Shown here: positions 1 through 8,120 of the stretch, one piece after another
How the letters are laid out: each line of letters starts with the position of its first letter
Position numbering within the stretch: position 1 is the stretch's first letter
Virus record (IMG/VR): IMGVR_UViG_3300021446_000049
Location: 1-44,620 of that record
Strand: one strand, 5' to 3'
From: a virus
Taxonomy: Duplodnaviria; Caudoviricetes
DNA: 44,620 bases
Notes under the pieces: model-generated
What the model was told of the DNA's origin: nothing
What the model saw: only the letters and a program-made list of their open reading frames with translations
The model's database searches: none
Program-made: the position numbers and the translations under genes

Positions 1-510
1 GTTCATCTGTGCCATCGAGATATTGGGCATCGACAGCACCTTCTCGATCATCTCCTTGTGGTTGTCCGCAATGGCTTCTACCTCTTTGGCAGACTTGTTC
101 TTCTTCAGCTCGTTCTTCTGTTGGCGCAGCGTCTGGATGTCCTCGCCAATCTGTTGGGCCTTCGCCTCCGTCTCTGCGGCATTTCGAATGTCCTGGAGAC
201 GGTCGATGGCCTGTTCAATCTGGGCAAGTACCCCATCGGTGGCGGCCTTTCGAGTAGCCGCCCCTGTAGACGGATGCACGGTGGCGACCCTGTGGTGGTC
301 CTTGAAGCCAAGATCGTCCCGATGAATCACGGATTCCAAGGTCGCTTCTCCGTTCTTGTCTTGCTGTCCTTCGGGAATGGGTTCGTTTTTGACCCGAAGA
401 TACAGGCGAAGAGCTTCATCTTGGGTCCGTGATACGTCCAGAATCCGCTGAAAGAGAATGGACGGCTCCCCATTGGGGGCATATACAGTATCTACGGCAC
501 AGTCTGCCAT
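1..510 (-). CDS. Large cargo/ejection protein, N-terminal 170 aa only (runs off window edge)
   Basis: Not in ORF track. Manual translation from ATG at 510: MADCAVDTVYAPNGEPSILFQRILDVSRTQDEALRLYLRVKNEPIPEGQQDKNGEATLES..., open to position 1. Starts 3 nt after the RNAP stop. APNGxPSxL and DxNGE motifs resemble those of giant phage polyvalent/ejection proteins; position matches the large gene after the RNAP in crAss-like phages. Confidence 0.85.
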   Translation of the reverse strand, partial: MADCAVDTVYAPNGEPSILFQRILDVSRTQDEALRLYLRVKNEPIPEGQQDKNGEATLESVIHRDDLGFKDHHRVATVHPSTGAATRKAATDGVLAQIEQAIDRLQDIRNAAETEAKAQQIGEDIQTLRQQKNELKKNKSAKEVEAIADNHKEMIEKVLSMPNISMAQMN

Positions 511-513
511 ATG

Positions 514-3500
514 CTAACACTTAGTGATGATATGCTTACGGAGTGTTCGAAAGGTCTCTCGTTCTTGCTCGGTGAGAGTGCTCAGGAACTCCCCAACGCT
601 TTGCCCCAGTGACTCTTTGTCTCCCTCGATGTAGCGGCGGGTGGACTCGTAATTTCCATTTTGCATGTCTTTCACTGCATTTGCCAACGGATTGTCACTT
701 GTCTCTTCCCCACGCTCCTCAGTGGCCTCCTCTCTTGCGTCGTTGTTGCGCTCTTTCTTCACCTCATTTGCCTCTTCTTTCGGCACAGCTTCGACATCTT
801 TCCGCCGAACGTCGACCTTCCCCGTGGAGTGAGTGACGATCTCGTAGGTCTGGTCTTTGTCCTGTGAGTAGTACTCTTCGGTGCTTAGGCTTTCGTCGGT
901 AGACTTGCCCTGGTTGGTGTCTGTAGTGTCCTCTGCCTCGAAGAGGCTGGTCTGCTGCTCGATCGTCATCGTGGAGACAGTCAGCCCCCGTTCCAGAAGG
1001 CTATTTCTCTGCACGCCGATGTCCAGGGTTTCGGCAAACTTCCGCACGAAGGCTTTTACACGGTCAACGATCTTCTCATAAAGGTTGCGGTTTTTGCCGA
1101 CCGTCTGGTTGTTTGCCCACTGTTGGAACTCCGGGTTCGTGAAGAAGGCCACCAGCGTCTCGTGTGGATTCTCCCCCGCCTTGAAGAGATTGCGTTTCCG
1201 ATCATTGAACTGGTCGAGTTGGACATTTTCTCCACTGCGAAGCTCTTCCTGTGTCCGAAGATACTCATCAAAGTTCTCGAACTGATTGCGTAGCAAGGAC
1301 CGGACGTCGCTGTTAAGCTGCAAGAGAGCGCGTTCCTCCGGCGTTCGGTTGGAGGGGTCCTTCTCTATGGCCGTGGTGATGGCATCGGCAGTGAGGGCGT
1401 GCAGCACCTCGTGGAGTTCCACTGACGCAGCAAAGTCTGCCTCTGCATCGGGGTTTCCGATGTTCAGAGCGCTGTTGAGGACGATGGTGTTTGTATCCGG
1501 ATTATACTTCCCGTTGACCTCCCCCAGGTCCTTTACCTCGAAGTTTACATCCAGGTCTCCCTCCTGCTGAATCCGATTCATGAGCTGGGCCACAAGACGC
1601 AGGCTGCTTCGAACCTCCTTGTCCGAAGAGATCGAGTCCATCACCTCCGGTAGCGATGCCTCGCTTGAGGCCGGAAGGTGGTGCCTGTAAATGCCGTGGC
1701 TTTCGACGGTGGGGCTGGTGATCTTCGTGCCCCCTTCCGGAATGTTGAGGCCATTGCCGAAGTATTCTGAGGACGCCGTGATCTTCACCGCCGATGACAT
1801 TTCCGGGACCCCAATGCCTTCCGGGGGAGTGTCTCGGCGCTCAAAAGGATTGTACTCCACCATATCCGTGGGCCCACCCGTGGCCGACCCAAGGGTGCTG
1901 ATCTCCCCGTACCCGGTTCCTTGGCGAGTAAACAGCCGGAAGCGGCCTACGTCACTGTCGAAAAACGAGATGTACTCGACAAGCTGTGGCCCTCTGGACG
2001 TGTAGCGCGTTAGCTCCTCGGGCACCTCGTCATTTATAAACTCGATTTTCGGTCCCCGGACAGGCCCTTTCACCTTCTTGTCTATGATCTCATCGGTAAG
2101 CCGTGGGGCCTGTGAGGGATTGTTCTGGAGATACTGTTGCAGGAAGGACGCCCCTCCGGTGAAGGCGTCGAGATTCATGTTCTCGATGGCCTCCGTTACC
2201 CGTTCTTCGTTGAAGAACTGCGGAGGGATGAGGCTGTCGAAGGTCCTTGGGCTTCGCTTTTTGCCCTGGACGTACATGGTGTAGAGGACGAGGTCCTTGG
2301 CCATCTTCTGTTTCTCCTCGACCGGGGAGGAAAGAAGGCCAGCCAAGTCCTCAACGATTCGCATTTCTTCGGTCTCATCCAGCTTGATCGAGTTGTAGTA
2401 GAGTTCGTCGGGGGTGTGGGCATAGGTCTTCTGTAGTGCAGTCTCTCCTTCCTCGTATCCGTATTCCTTGGTCTGGTCTTTCAGGTTGATCTCGATGAAG
2501 CGAAGGAACGGATGATCGTTGGCCCACCCGTCTTTCCGGGCATTGGAAAGCCTTCGAGCAAGAGAGGGGCTGTCTTCGGTGGTGTACAGCAAGCGTTTAC
2601 GCAGATCTGAAAGACTCTCGTCCGTCAGTGCATCTTTTGCGCCGGCGTAGACCATTGACTGAAACTCCTTCCACACCTTAAACACCTGCTCTTCAGACAT
2701 CCGATCATCCTTCATCGTCTCCATCTGAGTGATGGCCTCCTGAAAGGGAGTGGAATCATACTGGAAAAGGTTTCCGAAGAGCTTATCGGCAAGCAGGTAG
2801 GAATTCTTGGCGTAGTCTCCGTGCTCCGTCGTCGGATTGAAAGAGTGGGCCTCGTTGGGCACCTGCAACTCTCCCCCGATAGCCATTGGACTGGACAGGG
2901 GAAGGTCAAAGGCATCTTTCAGGGCCTTCATGTGCCGCCGAGATTCCAACAGGTTTTTTCCAGGTCCCTTTCGGTTCCCGAAGTTGAACGCAGACTGGAC
3001 GGTATCCAGCGTCTTGTTCACCTCCAGAAGCCTGCGGAACGCCTCCAGATAATTGTCTTGGCGTCGGTTCCAGGCGTCGTCTTTGCTGGGATTTTGAAGG
3101 TCTTCCAGAAGCTGCTCTGGATCCGAAATCATAGGACGCCCTTGGCCTCTCTGTGCCTGCGCCTCTTCGATTACGTCGGAGAGAACGCCGAAGGAGGACC
3201 CGCTTTTCAGCGCAGACTTGCGGCGATCCACCTCTCCCAAAATGTTTTCGATGATCGGCTGCCGCATGAGCCGTGTTACATGCTTTAGGTCGGGGCCAAT
3301 GCCCTGCTTGTCCGACATCATGAGAAGGGGGAAGATAGCATTGGCCGTTTCCTGGTTGGCCCCCAGCGGCCCAAGAATTAGCTCCTTGGCGTTGTCTACC
3401 GCTGCATTCTGATACAGGGTGATGGCATCATGTGCGGACAAGTCCTCTGCTGAATGCCCAGACCGGATGCTGGTCGTCTTCCCCAGTTCGGAGAGTTCTC

Positions 3501-6500
3501 TGGTTCCCCCATCCCGGCCCTGTACCATGATAGACATGGCGTTTTCTTCTCCCCCTCCAGGAAGAGTCTGAGGATGCTGCTGAAGAATCTCATTGGTCTG
3601 TGCAGCAAGTGAAGAAATACCCACGAGGCCCTTTCCGTCGAGCTGCCGCCTGTAATCTCCTTGCTGCCGATCTGGGAGAATGAAGTCCTCCCTGTTGAAC
3701 CCCTCCACGAGAATGTCTTTTTCGGCCCCAAGGTCGTCTCTGTCCAGAGGCTGGAGCACATTCTTTGCGTGCTCCGGGCTTCGGGCAATGTCCATCATGA
3801 GGTCAAGATACTGGTCGTCCAGTGCCTTCCGGGTGTCGTAGTCAAACTCCCGGACAGACTGCCCAAAACCCGTCTCCGTGGCTTCGGGAATGTCTTTGTC
3901 CTTGTCGATCCTCGTTAGATTTCCGTCTTCGTCCAGCGTGTACTGCCGGAGCATCGTGTTCAGCTTGTCCACGTCGAAGTCCGATCCCATCTGGCTTACA
4001 ATCTCGTCGGGGACGAAGGCGAGGTTGTAGAACGACGGGTCCATGAAGCCTACGATCTCGACGGGAAGGCCGCTGTTTGGGCCCTGGTAGGGAATGCGAA
4101 AACCCAACGCCTTTAAGAGTGAAGAATCGATCTTCTTTTCATCAATCACACTTCGGCCATCTTCGGTGGTCTTGGTGAACTTCTCCATGGAGATGATATT
4201 GCCGTCGCTGTCGGAGAAATACCAAGGCACGACGATCTGTGCAGGCTCTGTGGCCGTTGGGTTTCCGTCTTCGTCGGTTTCGACCTTCATGTGGTTCAAG
4301 CCGGTGGAGGGGTCAAAGCTTTGCTTCATTACCAAGTCGTTCTCCGACATGTCTTCGAACTTCAGTCCCGCACTGGAGGCCTGGACGAAAGAACGCCCAT
4401 GGGCTTTTCTCCGGACAAGCCTATCGGTCACAATCGACATCAGCAGGCTTTCGATCTTGGTCCCGCTTCCGGTAAAGGAGAGGGGCTTTTCGAAATCTGA
4501 TGCCGTGGTGTCTTTGATCTCTTGGATTTCCAGCTCCGACCAGTTCCTCGCCTGAGCTTCCCGAAGGACCATCTCTTTGATCTTCTCCCCGTCCGGAAGT
4601 ACGTCTCTGGACTTTCCTTCCAGATCTGCGCCCAGTTCTTCGGCCAACCTGGACGCCTCCATTTCCATGATTGCCTTGTTCAGCTTCCGCTTTTGACTCA
4701 GCGCTTCCGCCTTGTCGATTTCGCTCCCGTCTTCCCGAACAATGGTGGGATCAGCCCCCGCAATGGCCAGCTTGTTCATCTGCGTAGAGACGCTGATCTG
4801 ATCCTTCTTTCGCGGGATGACGAACTGCACTCCGAATCCTGTGCGATTTAGAGACACCGAGGACCCCTCCAGGTCTTCAGCAAGTGAGCTTTGCTCTTCG
4901 CCCACTTCATTTGGATCCGGTTCCCGAATGGCGTCGTTCTCATCAAAAATGTCGACCGGATTTTTCTGCCCGACCTTCACGGCACTTCCGTAGGCTGCGC
5001 GGTCTACGCCTGCCCTCTCCATGGCCTTGCGGAGCTTGTCCAGCTCGCTTCCAGAAGTGAGGTTCGGCACCAGGGGAAAGCTGGAGGACTTGATCATCTG
5101 CTGGACATACTGCCCCGCATCCTCGTCCCATCGGTGCCCGCTGTAGAACGGCTTCATGGGGGCAAGGTCGAGCACTTTCATTTCTTCGGGCGTGAGCCGC
5201 CAATCGTAGTTTCCACGGTCCTGTTCTTTCTGGATTCGATCCAGGATGTCTTGCGCCTCTTCTGGATCTATGCGTCCATACTGGATGCCCACCCGAACAT
5301 GCTCGTCCAAGGTGGTGTACTCTTGGGCATCAGTAGACTCAACACCAGTGAATCCTTCGGCCTGCTGCCCATCGAAGATTTTGGCGTACTGCTCCCGCTC
5401 TTTGCTGTCGATGAGCCGGTCAGAAAGGGTGACGAAGTTATAGCTTGCTTCTTCGCCAAAGCTGTGGCTAATCGTCGGTCCCATGGCCTTCGCCAACCGC
5501 TTCTGGAAGTTGCCCAGGGTGGCCTCGATAGTGTCACTACGAGTGTCACCACTCTTTACAAACTGTGCAGGGTCCCCGTGGAAAAGGCGCATCATCTCTG
5601 TAAACCCCAGGACGTGGGAAAGCTGGTAGTCCAGGGCGGCGTATACCTTGGCGTGGTTGCCCGAATACTTGTTCGGCGTCTGCTTCCGCAGGTAGTGCTG
5701 ATTCATGAGGTCCCACACCTCATTTTGGGACCATTCCCTCGCCTTATCCAGCGTCTTCTGCTCGATCCAGTTCTTTAGGGCACCGAAGATCGCCTCCCTC
5801 GATGCATCATTCTGGTTTGGCGGGTTTAGCTTGTAGGTCCCGTCTGCCTGCTCTGTCCAGATGGTTTCTCTTTGCCCCTCGGAAAGCTGCTCCGGGTTCA
5901 GGGGAAAGAGGTAGAAGGTCGATGCATTTCTTGCGTATTCTTCCCCCATCGGATGCTCCTCGAAGGCTCGCTTCTTGGCCTGCTCGTAGGACAGGCCCTC
6001 TTTTTGGAGATAGTTGATCTGCTTTTGCAGATCGTTCTGGACCTTCGTCACCCGATTGATTTCCGACAATGCTGCCCGGTAAAGGGCCGACAGCTCCTTG
6101 TCTCCGATCTCCAGGTCAATGGCCCCAAGCTCACCTTCTTGAAGGGTCTCTGCCTCAATCTCCGCGCCCCACATCCCACCCTTGGTTCCGGCCTGCTGAT
6201 AGTTGCCCAGGTTCGGGACTTGAAGGGCAAAGCTCCGCGAACGGTCACTAAGCGTGAGACTGTTGATCAGGCGCTCGTCTCTGCCATTGTTTTGGAAGAT
6301 CGAGAGGGCAAGGATCTCCTGGTCCTTCGGAGAGAGGTTGTCTCTCGTGGCCGCCGCGTTTCTCTTTGACACCGTAAGGCCGTCTAGATAGAAGACGTCG
6401 AGAGACTCTCTCGTGGCTGTCTGGTCTCCACGGTTTCCGGCCAGTGCCTGTAGCACCGGAGAGTTCCGCTGGAATGGATCTCGAAGACGCTTTCGAGCGG

Positions 6501-8076
6501 TGTCTGGATCTTTGACCCGCTGGATCTCACGAGTAATGCGTTCATGGTCCTGGATCGCGTAGTACTTTTTGTTGACGACGTTGGTGAAGGACGGGGCCCA
6601 GATGTCACTGCGGTAGTCCACAGAGTTGTGAGCCATGTCCCGGAGCCTGCTGGTCGCCGTCTCATCATTGAGCGGAGTCACTTCCGGAAGAGTAGGATCG
6701 CCCTCCTCCTCGGAGTTCTTTAGAAGGGACTGAAAGACAGACTCGACAATGCCATTCTTATCGGCATTGGCAAAGTTGAATTCCCACTCCCGGCTTACCT
6801 TCCCATCCTGGAACGCCTCTAGTGCCGGGATGGGCATCGAGATTCCCAGCTTCTCAAGGATGCCGTGGACCCGGTGTAGATACGCGCTGGATTGGAAGTC
6901 CACGTCGCCCGTAAGGCCGCTGTGATACTCCTTCATCAGCGCCCGAACCTTTTCTTCGTCTACGCGGACGTTGTCTCTCTCGTCGTAGTAGGTGATGTCC
7001 GCTTGGCGGAGAGTGTCTTTCCATTCCTCCACGACGGCCTCTCCTCGCTGAATGCGGTCGGAGTCCCCGACGTAGGTCTGCCACCCGCCCTGCTTTTTTC
7101 TGCTGATGAGGCTGTACTTGAACTTCGCGTAGTGCTTCCCGAAGGCGTTCACGAAGTCCTGCTGGACGGAATCCGGGGTGTTATCCGCCTGAAAGGTCTC
7201 CGCAATCTTTCGAGCAAGCGGATTGTGAGTGCCCTTCTCTTCGAGAACGTCCATGTAGTGCTCGAAGGTACGTGGAAACTCGTCGGACAGTAGGTGCGCT
7301 GTCATATTCCACGCCTTCGAGAGGTTCACGAAGGACGGCATTCCGATGTAGTTGCGGCGCTCTTCGAGAAGGGGATTGCCGTGTTCATCGCTTTTCATGG
7401 TGCCGTTTTCATCCCGCTGAAACTGCACGTCCTTCATGTGGGACAGCACCATCTTCACGGTGGCCGACGCGGTGTCTTTGTTGTTCACCGTGAACCGGAA
7501 GTTGTCTTCCCATGCCTTCTGCTCGAAGTCCCCGCCGCGTTGGGGCCTGTAGGCCCCGTTTTCCGGCTTGATGCCCATATCCTTGAACTGCTGCTGGACA
7601 TCGCTCCAGAAGTCATCGAAGTTGTCAAGCGCTTTGCCTAGCTCAGACTCAATAAAGCCATAGGCTTTTGCTGTCCCTTCCGGAGCATCCTCTTTGCTAC
7701 TGCGGGCCCCGTCCCTCTTAGTCTCTAACTGCGAGCGGGTCTGGGCTTTCAGAGACTCCGGATCGACTTGGATATGCTGTACCTTGCTGTCGGGATCGTT
7801 CTTCGCCTCTTCTGCCTGATTGAAAAGCTCTAGGAGGGATTCATGCGCCAGATACCGAATGGTATCGGTCATCTGCTGCTGCGTGCGCGGGGTAAACCCG
7901 TCGATCAGGCTGGGGAGATAGTCACGAATGATCCGCTCAGGATCTCCGTGATTGGCGACAAAGCGCTTTAGCGCCTCTTCTGCACCTTCAGACTCTTCGA
8001 GGTACCGCTGATACTTTTGAAGGTCCTCGTCGGAGGCAAACTCAACCTTCAGGTCTCCCTGCTCACAGATCGGCAT
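514..8076 (-). CDS. Virion-packaged single-chain DNA-dependent RNA polymerase (crAss-like, phi14:2 gp66 type) with C-terminal zincin-like domain
   Basis: 2520 aa. Catalytic GSDFDVDKL (DFDVD at 3967-3981) preceded by GFRIPYQGPNS; also STDAQEYTT, MKPFYSG, KSSSFPL, SAVKVG, VSTQMNKL, NAAVDNAKE motifs typical of crAss-like vRNAPs. HEVLH at 1399-1413 followed by HETLVAFFTNPEFQ. Confidence 0.93.
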   Translation of the reverse strand: MPICEQGDLKVEFASDEDLQKYQRYLEESEGAEEALKRFVANHGDPERIIRDYLPSLIDGFTPRTQQQMTDTIRYLAHESLLELFNQAEEAKNDPDSKVQHIQVDPESLKAQTRSQLETKRDGARSSKEDAPEGTAKAYGFIESELGKALDNFDDFWSDVQQQFKDMGIKPENGAYRPQRGGDFEQKAWEDNFRFTVNNKDTASATVKMVLSHMKDVQFQRDENGTMKSDEHGNPLLEERRNYIGMPSFVNLSKAWNMTAHLLSDEFPRTFEHYMDVLEEKGTHNPLARKIAETFQADNTPDSVQQDFVNAFGKHYAKFKYSLISRKKQGGWQTYVGDSDRIQRGEAVVEEWKDTLRQADITYYDERDNVRVDEEKVRALMKEYHSGLTGDVDFQSSAYLHRVHGILEKLGISMPIPALEAFQDGKVSREWEFNFANADKNGIVESVFQSLLKNSEEEGDPTLPEVTPLNDETATSRLRDMAHNSVDYRSDIWAPSFTNVVNKKYYAIQDHERITREIQRVKDPDTARKRLRDPFQRNSPVLQALAGNRGDQTATRESLDVFYLDGLTVSKRNAAATRDNLSPKDQEILALSIFQNNGRDERLINSLTLSDRSRSFALQVPNLGNYQQAGTKGGMWGAEIEAETLQEGELGAIDLEIGDKELSALYRAALSEINRVTKVQNDLQKQINYLQKEGLSYEQAKKRAFEEHPMGEEYARNASTFYLFPLNPEQLSEGQRETIWTEQADGTYKLNPPNQNDASREAIFGALKNWIEQKTLDKAREWSQNEVWDLMNQHYLRKQTPNKYSGNHAKVYAALDYQLSHVLGFTEMMRLFHGDPAQFVKSGDTRSDTIEATLGNFQKRLAKAMGPTISHSFGEEASYNFVTLSDRLIDSKEREQYAKIFDGQQAEGFTGVESTDAQEYTTLDEHVRVGIQYGRIDPEEAQDILDRIQKEQDRGNYDWRLTPEEMKVLDLAPMKPFYSGHRWDEDAGQYVQQMIKSSSFPLVPNLTSGSELDKLRKAMERAGVDRAAYGSAVKVGQKNPVDIFDENDAIREPDPNEVGEEQSSLAEDLEGSSVSLNRTGFGVQFVIPRKKDQISVSTQMNKLAIAGADPTIVREDGSEIDKAEALSQKRKLNKAIMEMEASRLAEELGADLEGKSRDVLPDGEKIKEMVLREAQARNWSELEIQEIKDTTASDFEKPLSFTGSGTKIESLLMSIVTDRLVRRKAHGRSFVQASSAGLKFEDMSENDLVMKQSFDPSTGLNHMKVETDEDGNPTATEPAQIVVPWYFSDSDGNIISMEKFTKTTEDGRSVIDEKKIDSSLLKALGFRIPYQGPNSGLPVEIVGFMDPSFYNLAFVPDEIVSQMGSDFDVDKLNTMLRQYTLDEDGNLTRIDKDKDIPEATETGFGQSVREFDYDTRKALDDQYLDLMMDIARSPEHAKNVLQPLDRDDLGAEKDILVEGFNREDFILPDRQQGDYRRQLDGKGLVGISSLAAQTNEILQQHPQTLPGGGEENAMSIMVQGRDGGTRELSELGKTTSIRSGHSAEDLSAHDAITLYQNAAVDNAKELILGPLGANQETANAIFPLLMMSDKQGIGPDLKHVTRLMRQPIIENILGEVDRRKSALKSGSSFGVLSDVIEEAQAQRGQGRPMISDPEQLLEDLQNPSKDDAWNRRQDNYLEAFRRLLEVNKTLDTVQSAFNFGNRKGPGKNLLESRRHMKALKDAFDLPLSSPMAIGGELQVPNEAHSFNPTTEHGDYAKNSYLLADKLFGNLFQYDSTPFQEAITQMETMKDDRMSEEQVFKVWKEFQSMVYAGAKDALTDESLSDLRKRLLYTTEDSPSLARRLSNARKDGWANDHPFLRFIEINLKDQTKEYGYEEGETALQKTYAHTPDELYYNSIKLDETEEMRIVEDLAGLLSSPVEEKQKMAKDLVLYTMYVQGKKRSPRTFDSLIPPQFFNEERVTEAIENMNLDAFTGGASFLQQYLQNNPSQAPRLTDEIIDKKVKGPVRGPKIEFINDEVPEELTRYTSRGPQLVEYISFFDSDVGRFRLFTRQGTGYGEISTLGSATGGPTDMVEYNPFERRDTPPEGIGVPEMSSAVKITASSEYFGNGLNIPEGGTKITSPTVESHGIYRHHLPASSEASLPEVMDSISSDKEVRSSLRLVAQLMNRIQQEGDLDVNFEVKDLGEVNGKYNPDTNTIVLNSALNIGNPDAEADFAASVELHEVLHALTADAITTAIEKDPSNRTPEERALLQLNSDVRSLLRNQFENFDEYLRTQEELRSGENVQLDQFNDRKRNLFKAGENPHETLVAFFTNPEFQQWANNQTVGKNRNLYEKIVDRVKAFVRKFAETLDIGVQRNSLLERGLTVSTMTIEQQTSLFEAEDTTDTNQGKSTDESLSTEEYYSQDKDQTYEIVTHSTGKVDVRRKDVEAVPKEEANEVKKERNNDAREEATEERGEETSDNPLANAVKDMQNGNYESTRRYIEGDKESLGQSVGEFLSTLTEQERETFRTLRKHIITKC

Positions 8077-8120
8077 AGGTACGGGGGCGAGATTTGAAGA
8101 GAGGGCCCCCTAGGACAAGC

